In this document: piece by piece, positions 49,608 through 62,097 of the stretch | Numbering within the stretch: position 1 is the first letter of the stretch | Layout: the number at the start of each line of letters is the position of its first letter | Origin: Balanoglossus misakiensis | Lineage: Eukaryota > Animalia > Hemichordata | Assembly: GCA_040954595.2 (NCBI GenBank) | Contig: CM082588.2 | Span: 1,169,935 to 1,233,934 of the forward strand | Length of the DNA stretch: 64,000 bases | Direction of reading: 5' to 3' | Translations under genes and position numbers: made by a program | Notes under the pieces: generated by a model | Databases searched by the model: none | The model's input: the letters and a program-made list of their open reading frames with translations, nothing else | What the model was told of the DNA's origin: nothing

Positions 49608-52446
49608 AATTGCACAGGATTCTCAGTGCACACATACACTGCTAGTATTTCTGTTATTCTGTTAGAACAAACAAATGAGTTCACATAACAGAATTAAAGT
49701 TTAATTTAAACATAAAGTTATTCTGGGTTTTTTAACATAGCTTGGGAGATATCATACTGTATGTCACATTCTATAATACACCTAATTTAAATACCACCTT
49801 TCTGTTCCTGTTTTCCTTTGAATGTTAACAGGTGAAAAAAGTTAAGTCATAGGACAAAAATGTGCTGACACAGCACAGCTCAGTTTTCAAGAGTACAGCA
49901 CTATCAAACTTCATTCAATATAAGATGTAAAAAAAGTTTATTTGACTCAACGCACTAACTGTTGGTCAAGACTTGAATCGTTGTGGGTGGGGTGGGGTGG
50001 GGTGAAGGTGGGTTGTTTACACGCCCCTGAAATTATTTTTATTTCCTTGTTCACTTTCATCATGGAGGAGTGTATGTATCATTACATGTGTACTGTGGCG
50101 CTTATATCGATCATACGGTATGCACACATATGAAAAATGCTCAGTAAACTTAATACATATACATATGTGTGTAAACGTGTCCATATCCCATTTGATATCT
50201 GTCATAAATATTATTTGCGGGCCTGAACTTCAAGGTGAAACTCAAGAAGTCAGAGCGATCACTAGCATCACACATCTGATCAGGTGGGCGTGGCAAAACT
50301 GTGTACATATGTAAGCAGTATCTTGCAGCTGAAAACTTACCTGTGTTGCAGACCTGCGATCGAGCTGAGTTATGATATTCTACTCATTGACGAACCGGTT
50401 AAAATCTGCTTTTCAAAGCAGCATCAACCTGATCAAACGCGATCACTGCATGACTAACTCTCCCGTAATAGAGCGTGACGTTTGTTTACACCGTCGACCT
50501 CTTCCGGGTCAAAGGTCGCCTGATGTCAACTGTCGCTAAGAAAGCTGGAATTTGCTTGGATACCAAGGTTCTGAAGCTTCAGTACCGTAGCTCAAGGTTT
50601 TGCCTTGAACAAAACCCTTTTTTTAATTGCAGAAGAGTTCTATTTTGCTGTTTTGTCTCTTTACAATTCTGTTGGCCTTTGCACAGTGATGAAACTGTCC
50701 TATTTCTGCACTGGATGCAACAGTTAACATAGGACTCTCTTCAAAGACAACTTGAACCAAAAGGTTTACATACATCAGGGATGTATTGTAGACAATGTTT
50801 ATCACAGACAGCAAAAATAAAAGTATAGCCATTTACAATTGGCATGTGTAGCATTTGACCCTTTTCATTATTTTATTCCCATCAACTGCATCTTGTCCTG
50901 TAGTTGTGCGAAACTTGCCCACTGTTCCACTTGGCAACATACAATATGCAATCAATTTGCCCACTCACACATGGTATCATTCTCTGATATAGTCAATCAT
51001 TCAACAAACACAGGCCCAACGCAATTATTTCCTGTCCCAAAAACCTTTTTATTGGCAACAGTAAACAAAGAAGCATTTCTGTTATGTACATGTCTTAAAG
51101 TTCTCTATATCTACTTGTACAATGCTTCTACACAACTACGAAAAAGAGGAAAATTCAGAGGAGAGCAACCAAAAAATTATACGACCTTTCTTTAAAAATA
51201 AAACCCTAAAGCACAAAATACATACTGTTCAGGATAAACATAACACTTAATTCTATTGAAGTTGCATTAACTAAAAATATTTTCTTTAAAGCGTTTTTAA
51301 CAATCCTGCATGTCGCAGGACAACTGTAGCGGCTAGCAATTACTACTTTTATCAGGTGAACTTTATCAGTAAGCCCTCCATTGATGGCTCTTTTTGGCCA
51401 GCAAAGATTCAACAGATACGGGGGTCACACATAAAGTGGCCCATTCAGTTATCACGCACATCAGAAGACATGCACAAAATATCCATTCGGATCGGTCAGT
51501 CTTTCGTGTACGAAACAGCGACTCAAAAACTTTTGCTGGCGTCCAAAGTCCTCCAACTCCACAAAGCAGGAGTGTCTTGAAATAAACAAGAGAAACCGAA
51601 AAAACAAATTCATTTTCACAAAAGTTACATTTGCTTACAGTGAATGTTGAAATTGCTCATTTCAAGAGCGTTTCATTCGCTGTGGAAATCAAAGTTGTCT
51701 ACAATGGTTACTCCATACACAGCAATGTTAACTTCATAGTAAAAATAGTTACATTTTCTGAAGTCTCAGAATGTTAGAATAACAGACTACAATGGCCAAA
51801 ACTTGCAAATAAAATCATTAAGGGTAACTTTATCAGCAAAGACATCCCCCCAAAGAAAAACATTACTTTTATCATAATTAAACAGGTTTTCTGTGAACAT
51901 AGTGATGGCAGTCTGGGAAAAGTTTTACAAGAATTGTTTTTATGTGACCTTGGGTAGAAGAGGCAAAAACCTGTGTTATCACTACTCTCTTACCCTGATC
52001 AGTATTAGTATAAATTATGGAAGTTAATAAATGTACAATCAGCCATTGAAATCAGCTTTGTGTTTTTTGTTGGTTCTTTAAATTTTCAACTTGTACCTTT
52101 CTTCACATCGACTGTGCTGAGTTAATTTCAAACTAGAAAGACTGGTGCCATGTGACAGAAAGGTCAAGCAAGGGTCATGCAAACAAGCCCATTGACAAAC
52201 ATGTCACTCTTAAGACTTGGAACTGGCCAATCAATCTCTTGTACATGTAAATTTGTCGCAAAAAAACTTTTTTTCTGTCGTCAATGAACCACTTTATTGT
52301 AAAAAAAAAAGATCATTCCTTGTGATGAATCGTTGCGATCTCACTAAAGAATGCAATATACTACAACGACCCCTACAGAGGTCAGAGCTTGTCCAGATAT
52401 CTCAAATGATGCCCGAAGGGTAACATGCAGGTAGTTCCAAGACTCT

Positions 52447-55400
52447 TTATGAAACATCTGTAAGAGAACAAAGACAGAGAAACCATCAGTAACATTTACA
52501 AGGGAAATAAATTCATTTAATCCTTTACATACTTGCAGCTGCCTGCACACGAGGGAATCAAGCTACAAATGTCATCAGCATAAAATTTCAGCAATAAACA
52601 TATTTCTTTTTATATAATTATAATCAATGCCTCTCACACCACAAGGTTTATTACAAGCAGCTGGTAACTACTAGTCGTGGTCTATTTCGTCTCTATTAAA
52701 TTGAAATGAAATGACCACTATTATTTGTAAAAGGATAATGAGCTCATGCACAACCAGCTTGCCATGGAATTTCTACTGGCAATCAAATTAGCTGTGAATG
52801 AGCTGTTGTCCAACTGAAGTGTTAATGGTGATGAGGTGACCCATCAATGCAAGGAAACAATGCCGAGTGGCCAGCCTTTCCCCAATGCATGTAAACAGTG
52901 CAAGAAAAACTTGATATTCTATGGGATTTGCACAGTTGAGAATGAATACCAAACACTATCAATTTGAATAACAATTGCAGGCTATTCAATAATGCATACT
53001 GCAATCAATGTGACAGAAACGAACACTATTGCCAGTTTCAAAGCCTGGTAAGGCCAAAACGTGGATAATTTGCATGTTTACAGGAACGAATTTATAAAAT
53101 TTACACCGAGAATAATGTTTATGACTCAACATGTATATTTTTTATAAACTTGCTTTGTGGTGGTGAACAGTAAACCTGCTGGTAACATACATAAATATGC
53201 AGTTATGCTAATTTCGGTACTGCCCTCATCAATACCCTGGACACCACCCATTCTGCAACTATAAACCGACCACCGAGATTTTATTGCCAATATGACACTG
53301 AAATTCCACTCCCCCTAAACTGCAATTACCATAGTAACTACCCAGTAACATTCTCTCTAATTTTCTCCTGAATCACACAACCACTCGGCATATTTCACAA
53401 TCTGCAATATCATTTCTATGGTTTCAGCTGGTCTTAATTCTCACTGTATCAGTTTGTACCCAAGAATACTTACAGCTAGCAGCAGTTTCACCAAACCGTC
53501 TGTGGAGTTGGTCATGGTTGAACTTCAAAAAGGCTTCATATTGTTCTGTAAATGCAATGAGAAATGGAAGAAACGCCAGGTTATTCATTATCTGTCAAAC
53601 ATTTGCATTCATTTACAGCCATCGATCACTGGACTATGCATAATCATACAATTATTTATAGGACATGTCAAAAAGCTGAATATTTAATGCAATGCACAGG
53701 TCATGGCAATAAGTTGTGTGGAATTGTTACAATTGACAACGGTGGCAAATATCCCACCACTGGTATGCATATCAATTTCTCTAGGCAATTTCAGAGTTGG
53801 ATGCACATAAGAGCTAATGGCACAGCTGAAATCCCATCCCCACAGGGTTTTCACGACTGTGATAATGTACATTCGGCCATTATTCTCTAATGTAATTCAC
53901 AATTCCCTGCTGATTTACTGCCAAAGAAACCCCATTCAGTCACAAAACACCCCAACAAGCTCACCAGCAGTGTATTCAAAAATCAAGAACTTTTTCACAG
54001 CTGGTGACCACAACAACTGTCTCTCGCTATTTATGCGACACTATTCATTACCATACTGGAGACCAACTTCAAAGGGATTGGCGTGGAGTGGGGGGAGGTA
54101 TGTACTCAATAGCACACAACAAACATGTTTCTCAATGGGTCCTACTCTTGTACAGCCACGATGGTATTCACGTCACATATACGCACACATCAAATATGCG
54201 CTCCACTCCCCATACAATCCCCATCACATTCTGTGACTGATGGCTTTCACTGGCCCCAGATGACAAGGTTTCCATTACTCCACAAGACAAATCCATCATG
54301 CGCCATTTCATAAGCAGAGCCACTTGATTTTTTCTCCCACTCCCTTTACTAACTGGTTTTATGTGAGCCACTCGTCTCACCAGTACATTTCTGAACATTA
54401 CAAGAAATTAAAAGTCGCCATATATTCCAAGAGGTCTTTGTTTTTTTTCTTCAAACCATATCTGAACACATACCAGGAAATCTTTTTTCAGGAGAAACTG
54501 CCTAGGCACCCTTTTGTCAATTCCAGCATGTCCACATGGAATTTCTATTATATTATATTCAACATACATACGCAGCAGACTGGTTCAGGAATTTCCAGTT
54601 AATTTGATACGGGGTATCAACATCAGTTTGGCTTTTTGGGTGCAGTTTTGTTCCGAAACTGTGCAGTACTGACATTGTTCCAGCCAGTAATAACAGCACT
54701 CTGAATTTTATAGACATAATTAGGGAAGGCATACCTGCAAGTTTGCATGTCAGCGTTTTGTCATATTCCTCTCTGATTTGCTCCTCTCGTTCCTTGAGAA
54801 GCCTCTCGCACAGCGTGATGACCTGTCTCAATGTAAATATAGGCTGTTCTTTACGTGAAGGCGATGAACCGGGCGACGACACAGCTGGGGACAAACTCGA
54901 CAGAAATTGCACATGTTGGCTGAGATTACTTGATAACGATGAGGAGGATGACGAGGAGGTGGAGGCCTGTGCGACTGGCGTCGGTATGTGGGAGACACTC
55001 GTGGAAGTACTGCTACTATTTGTAAATGCAGTTGATAGCTTCTTGCGTCGTTGCATCCGTCGCCATTCTAACATGACATTGTTTGATAGTTGTTCTGAAA
55101 AAAATATACAAAAGGCACAAATTAGGTACATACAGTATGATACAAGTAAAAATAATGTAATCTGATCACCTCTGTCCCACATTCCATTATTTTACAGGAA
55201 CAAAATCATCCCCACCCCTCCCCTCCTATCACCAGAGCTAATCCACTTTTCAGGAGCAATGTTTGCTCTCAAGTCATGTTACGATAAACCAATTCCAAAG
55301 TACAACGTGATTCAAATAGGATTCAATGCAATTATCAAGCCAACCACAAAACAAGAATGGCTTAGGTAACTTTAGGTATATAACTTACTAGTACTGAAAA

Positions 55401-56330
55401 TACAACAGCAACATTTCAGACTATTGCAAGTGTAAAACTTTAAGCAATTTCTATGTAACGAACACGATACCCCCCCCCCTCCCTCTGAAAAAAGGGTTTT
55501 CACTCTCACAAAGCATTGAAGATAATACCTGATTTATACCGTCATTATGGGTATGTTTTTCACTTTTAATATGGACAAGCTGAAAGTTAAGAGTCACGAA
55601 TAGTTTCTAGAGTAAGGGTCAAACAGTCCTGGGTTGGTCCAAACTATGTCATTATGTGATCTTTTGAATATGAAATTTACATGGCGTCCATTCTGACCGT
55701 TACCCAATTTACATCGGATGCCGACAAAGCATTCTCTGATACGCCCTGATCTTTCGAAAATGAGAACCCTTCATAAGCTGAACATGAGAAGTCGTACAAA
55801 TCATTCAAAAAGCTAAAAAAGTAAGCCAAACTAGCAAACGCTTTTGCGGCGTTTTTTCTGTAATGAAATGAACATTTTCAACGGTGCGGCGTTGTGGAGT
55901 ACGGACCAGGAGTTATGTCGTCTGCATCTTTCTGCCCTTTTCAGATTTACTGACGACTTTGCTGAACCTATTTCCCGACTAAAGCAATAGTTTTAGAAGC
56001 GGTTCGACCCCACACCTCAATTTCGCAGTCGAATTCTCAAGCACGATAAACAATGAGCTTGTGGACAGGCTTATACTTGCATCCGACGCCATTTAAATTT
56101 TGATTTACTTGGCTTTTTGCTGTACCCCTTTGTGTTTGTCTTCTTCCGGTCTTACCTGGTGTTAACTTCGGAGAAACATGGCGAAACGGTGACGGTTCTA
56201 ACTGGTGTGCCTTGGTCTGTGGTGTCGTTGACGGCATGAGAGGCACACATCTTCTTCTTTTCGGCGACTGCGAGGGGCTATGTAAAGGATCAAAATCAAG
56301 TGTCCGTTTCAACGTTGCACCACAGGCCAT
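52447..56330 (-). CDS. AKIRIN2: Akirin, 4 coding exons, 205 aa
   Basis: Exons 56156-56330 ([26 protein letters not shown]), 54735-55094 ([26 protein letters not shown]), 53474-53545 ([18 protein letters not shown]) and 52447-52457. Total 618 nt, ending in the family C-terminal motif SYVS. This is probably the single invertebrate akirin; the symbol is that of the closest vertebrate paralogue. Confidence 0.95.
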
Positions 56331-56679
56331 TTTGGACTGTGAAGGCCTTACAGTTTAACACTGAAAATATCCAGTTAGCACCGCCTGTACACCCACAAAA
56401 ACAAGAAAAAGTGGTATTCGTGTTATTCCAGAATGTAGCTGCGATGTTCTCGACAAAATGAGACTCGGAATAACGCAGATGTTTCCAGATATTCCAACAA
56501 GGGCACCGCAGCTACGCAGTGAAATCCGACCAATTTCAAGATGGCCTTATTACAACCCAAACATTAGCAAGCCTCGGTTTCAATGAATGAACAACTGACG
56601 GTTTCTGGAACGAGAGGGCGCTTCAGGAAGTCGCGGTGCCTGTCGATATAAAGGAATGGAACTTTCATACAGCGTACGA

Positions 56680-56812
56680 ATTTCTTATAAGAAATAAGAA
56701 TGTCTTATAAGACATTTCTTGGTTATCATGGTAATATTTATACTTGTCAGAAACTTGTCAGAAACGTGTAAAAAACTCGTTTCTGACGAGTTTTTTTTAC
56801 ACGTTTCTGACA
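56680..56812. repeat. Cluster of palindromes and an inverted repeat upstream of akirin
   Basis: Perfect palindromes ATTTCTTATAAGAAAT (56680-56695) and AATGTCTTATAAGACATT (56699-56716). Hairpin 56756-56780 / 56786-56812 (25 bp with a 2-nt bulge and 5-nt loop). Confidence 0.85.
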
Positions 56813-57129
56813 CGTTTCAAGTTTTTTATTTCTTTATAACTTTCTTATACGTTTCTTATTATTATGGTTGCAGATATCCGACCTATTGTCTATCTCATAG
56901 GCAGTTGAACAATTAACATGAGTCTGGGAATACCTCTATTTGTCGGACTACACATAGAAACCTTGAAACCATGGGCCGCTGGGCTTGTGGTTGAAACCGG
57001 AAAATTACCAAGCCAATTTGTCGACTATTTCGAGACTGATAAGAAATTGATTGGTTCTGGCAATCATCTCTCCATGGGTGGTAATTAATGTCAGGATTAT
57101 GGTCTTTTAAAATTAATTATATTAGTATT

Positions 57130-57506
57130 TCTGAGACTTTTGAGTATTTCTGCGACTTTTGTTGGCAATTCCATTATGACTTTCCACTGTAAGCAACGGA
57201 CTGCTCGTTCCAGATTTTATCTCAGATTGAAAGAAAGTAGAAATAACTTGATTAATGCAACTTTATCCTTGGATGTAATTCGACACAGCATCTTTTGGCG
57301 CAAAACATTTGCTGACTGTTTTTAGACTTGTTAATATTCTTTTCCGTGACACTGTTAATCATTTGTGACTGTGTCTGTTTTTTCTTTCTTTTTATTGTTG
57401 TTTTGTGTGCTTTTAACTATTTTTTTTCTTTGTTGTATTTGTTTTTTTTATGAGCATGCCCTCGAAATAAAGATAAATAAATAAATAAAGATAAAGATAA
57501 ATAAAA
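57130..57506 (+). mobile_element. Probable 5'-truncated non-LTR retrotransposon (LINE) 3' remnant with TAAA-type tail
   Basis: ORF 57140-57325 (SISATFVGNSI..F..RLKESRNNLINATL..IFW) resembles the C-terminal end of CR1/L2-group ORF2 proteins as I recall them. It is followed by a T-rich UTR-like stretch and an AAATAAAGATAAATAAATAAAT tail (57466-57506). Confidence 0.45.
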
Positions 57507-57881
57507 TACTCGATTCGAGAAAACGTTAATATTGGAGCGCCCTCTCTCTATTACACATAAAATTCTGTCATGTATTTTTGTCTTGTCGGCCGAAACTATT
57601 CAGGGCACAAGGGAGGCGATCGCGACGGAGCAACACTTAGCTACACATGTTGTTATAAAAGCTGTGCGGTGTGCTAACTATATATTGCCTCCAAACTGTT
57701 ACTGCCACATTCTATAAATCGGTATTCTATTTTAAATATATGCCAAACCAAGCTAATATGTACTATATGAGATGTGTTGATATTTATAAATACTTGGAAG
57801 TAGAAACAATGCAGTTCTTCAACTTGCCCCCCCCCCTCCCAAAGTTCCGTTGGTGAATCCCTAAAAAGATTTATTACACCC

Positions 57882-57895
57882 GTCTCCAAGGCAAC
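57882..57895 (+). promoter_or_regulatory. RFX X-box (GTCTCCAAGGCAAC) with adjacent E-box CACGTG (57907-57912) upstream of ARL13B
   Basis: Fits the GTNNCC-NN-RGYAAC X-box pattern and lies ~450 bp upstream of the ATG of a ciliary gene, the expected context for RFX regulation. Confidence 0.65.
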
Positions 57896-58346
57896 ACAAC
57901 AATAAGCACGTGACTTTTACGTCAGGCAGGAGACCCACTGTTATTCGCAAACAGCAACCAATATGGCCGCCACTGTTTGATGTTCACGAGAGAAACACAG
58001 AGTGGAACTTCGAGGAGATCTACGGTATAAACCTGCTTCACAAAGTAAATCCAGTCACTGTAGGACAGCTTCAATAACCTCCTCAAGTCGAGATATTCTG
58101 TGTGATTTCTTTTCTTCATATTTACGTCAGATCGCCCGTAACCGGCATATACTCTCTACCGGAACAGAGGTTCGAACTTTGAGCATCCCAGCCATCTCAT
58201 AGTCGCAATCAGATGGTTCAACCTGCTCGGTGGTATACATCGTTTCATTTGTTATCGTTTCCTGCTACCTGTCCCGGACAAACCAAATCCAGTCTTTCAG
58301 ATGCCACCACTGTTTTTAGATCCTCTCTTTTATTAGACAATTGGCT

Positions 58347-61300
58347 ATGTTCAGCCTGATGGGGAACTGTTTTGTTTGGATCAAAGAGAGGCGAGAGCCT
58401 CCAAGGTAAGTTCTCATCTTTATCAATTTGAATGAATTATTGAATATTTATGATTGACATTGAGAAGCTATCATTGACATACCCTGTTTAACTTTTATTT
58501 ATTTCGTCTCAGGAAAGTGACATTATGTTTGGTTGGTCTTGATAATGCTGGCAAAACTTCTGCCATCAAAGGCGTCAAAGGAGGTGAGTGTGAAATGAAC
58601 ATAATATAATATAATAATATTTGATAACTTCAGAATCTATACAAACAATAGATGCAACGACTTAATTCTGTCCAGTGTTGGTCACAATTGTGTTGTTATA
58701 CAACAGTTTTTTAGGTAAATGAACGTTGGTCTTGGAGGTGATCATTATCTGTATGTACACCATGATTTGAGCAATGAACATGATCTCTGACATTTAATTG
58801 GGTACCAAAAGTTTGATATCAGATTTGATAAGACTGGTCAGTTTCTTTGTTACCGTAGTCACCCTAACATGATTGTAAACTGACACTATCTGACACAGTG
58901 CTGTCATTCTATGGGAGTGCATTGAACTTTGAATTTTTGAATCAACTTCCTTCCAGTGAAGAGTTTCTTGCAGTTTGTAATTCATACACACACTTAGGTT
59001 TTAGTCATTGATCCCACCTGCCCACTACCACACCTAGTGCCATTGACTTGTGGTGTAGGGATTGTAATATAGAGTAACCAATTCAATGCTTACAGTCATA
59101 TAGGGCAAGGTCAACATTACAGTCATACATCAAATAAACATTTTTTTAAACACAGCAGGTTACTAAGTACTGATCAGTTCAGCACACACAGACTGACCTG
59201 GACAAAAAACAAGACACCTGCAGAGTAAATTAGCAAAATTATACTCAATTTTTACTCTGCTGTGTAACTGAATTGTGAATTGCTGGAATTACCCACAGGA
59301 AAATTGTGGCAATTAGTTATTACAGCCTCATACATATCAGCTTCTTGACTGGTAAATGTACTGAGCCATAAAGTTAACAAAAATGATTAATTCAACCCCA
59401 GGGTACAGGGTATCGTCATTGGAACCAAGGTGTAGAAACAGAGATAAGTTTAATTCTCAAGATGCCAAAATGACCATCTTCTCGCTATTTTCCCTTCCAC
59501 TCCTTACAGAGTCTCTAGAAACTGTCGCCCCTACGATTGGATTCTCAAACGTGGACTTCAAAGTGGACAAGTTCCAAATCACCGTCTTTGACCTTGGTGG
59601 TGGCAAGAAGATCCGCAGCATCTGGGGAAACTATTATGCAGAGAGTCACGGCGTTGTGTTCGTCATCGACGCTGCAGATCAAGAGAGGCTCCATGAGTCC
59701 AGGGAAACCCTGAAGGCACTACTCAGTAATAAACGCGTGCAGGGAAAGCCGTTGTTAGTGTAAGTATAGCGGTATAAATAATATTATCGAGAAGCTGAAC
59801 AGACTTAGGAAAAAGACAGGATGAATTCTAGACTATACTTGACAGGAAGTTTACAATTGTCATTATAGTACCAGTGCTTGGGACAGCCTGTTAATAACCA
59901 CTCAGCCCCCAGGAGACCATTCTACCATATCCTGTGGTGCCAATTAGAGCTAATTTATGGTGACTTTCCTTCTAATAAGTATTCTACTGTCTCGTTTTCA
60001 CAGCCTTGCAAACAAACAAGATGAAGAGGGTGCCCTTGATGAAATTGACATCTGCGAAAAACTTAATCTTGAAGATATGGTGAATGAAAGCCAGTGTCCA
60101 TGCAGGGTGGTAAGTTATTCTCAAATATGATGGTAACCAAATAAAGCTGATGATAAATATCCTCATGCAAATTATAAATTCTATTTCTCTTGCATAACAA
60201 ATGAAATTGAGAAGTAGAATGAACCACTGTCATATACCCTTCTTCTTTTTAGGAAACCTGTTCTGCAACTCTGGGAGTTGGCAAGAAAATGGACAAGTCG
60301 ATCAGGTCAGGGTTCAAGTGGCTTCTGATGACCATCAGCGAGGAGTGGGAGGAGCTTGGCGACAGAGTGGAGAAGGACACCAAGGAACAGAGAGAGCAAG
60401 AAGCCATCGAGTTGAAAGAAAGAATGGAACGTGTCAGGAAAGCCCGAGAAGAAAGGTGAAATCATTGTACTAAAATGCTCTTCTTTGTAACATGGATAAG
60501 ACTTGCCATTATAGGAACAAAGTTTATTTTTTGGTCAGTACCAAAAAGCATGTCACACTGATATTCCCATAAATCATTTGAAATCTTGGTATTTGCAGGG
60601 AAAGGCAGGAAGAGGAAAGGAGGAAAAAAGAAGGAATTGAAAAGGAAGACAGTGAGGATGATGATGATGATGTCCATGTTGATGCCAATCCATTCAAACC
60701 AGTAGATGCTATCAAAGTAAGTGTTTCGCTGTCACATTTATTGGCCAGTATGCCCTCAGACATTCCTATGGCCCATGCAGATCCATACACACTTCTAGAG
60801 CAAAGAGTGACATTGTTACATTTTCTTTTCGTAGTTTGATGGCAAGGCAAAAAAGCCCAAGAAGAAACCGACAAAACAAGAGAAACTCCCAGAAGACACG
60901 GATGAAGACAAGACAAAAATGAACAAACACAAACCGTACGTGTCTGATGAAGACGATGAGGAAATTGTAACCAGGAAAACACATAAAAGTCCAAGGACGA
61001 AGAAGAAGAAATCGCCACAGAAACAGCAAATCAGCGATGAATCAGAAGAACTGTCTCCAAAATTAACTCCTAGATCAAGGACTAAACGGAAAACGTATGG
61101 ATTCTACCTGTCGGATAGCGACGAGGACAACAAAAGAACTCAACAAACGGGACTTACAAGACAAAAGTTGGCCAATGACTTCAGCAGTCAGAGTAAAGAT
61201 GGGTATGATAGTTACGAAATGGACAGCGCTAGTATCGAGAATGATTCCAAGGCTGTGAGAGCCACAAAAGGTCATCGAATTATTCAGGTCACGTCGGATA

Positions 61301-62097
61301 GAAGTGAGGAAGATGATGATGAGGTTGTTGCGGTGTCGCGGTCCAAGAAGAAAGTGAAGGATTCGACGTTGGAACAGGATCGTTACATTTCAAGGAATGA
61401 TGATGATGAAGACATGATGATTGCACAGATGAGGAGAGAAGTTGCAGGTAAAAGAACAGTGTGGTGTGGTAGTGTCGTGTAGTATGCATGTTGATGAACC
61501 AGTACATCATCGGTCATGTCCACATGGATATTTTTATCACAAGAGAAGGACAGTGCCATTGACACTCTTTTCCCCTTTTGCAGAAGAAAGCGAGAAGAAA
61601 AAGAAGAAGAAAAAGAAACTCAAGAAGAAGAACAAATTAGCACCGATGCCGATAGAAGGTGAAGATGATTTCCAACCACCCCCTCTTCCGGCTCCTCTCA
61701 AAGCACCATCATGGGCACAAACTCCGGGACAGAGAAATATCTTCGAATCCAAACCCTCCAGGCCACCCAGACTAGCACCTCTCATGGAGAAGAACACACC
61801 CAGGGCTGGCAGTCCTGTTGAGGCAAATTGTAAGTGCTTAGGTCACATGAAAGTCACATGGTAGTCATATGACCTAACATATTGCCTGGTATTGGATAGG
61901 CTGTATGTTCAATAGTAGGCTTATTCTTAGACATGAGATGACTGAACATCTGCAGGTTTATAATGGGATTACTGATAATATTTTGTTTTAACTTGACAGC
62001 TTTTGGAGCTACGAACTGGGGGCTTGCTGAAGATCTTCCAGAACTTCCAAGAAGGACAAAACCAAACACGGATGAGGATGATGACATTATGACATAG
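58347..62097 (+). CDS. ARL13B: ADP-ribosylation factor-like GTPase 13B, 9 coding exons
   Basis: Exons 58347-58405 (MFSLMGNCFVWIKERREPP), 58513-58583 (GLDNAGKT), 59510-59759 (DLGGGKKIR, with the ARL13-typical G replacing the catalytic Q), 60004-60109 (LANKQD), 60253-60455 (coiled coil), 60599-60716, 60835-61447, 61584-61829 (poly-Lys, Pro-rich) and 62000-62097 (stop TAG). Confidence 0.95.
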
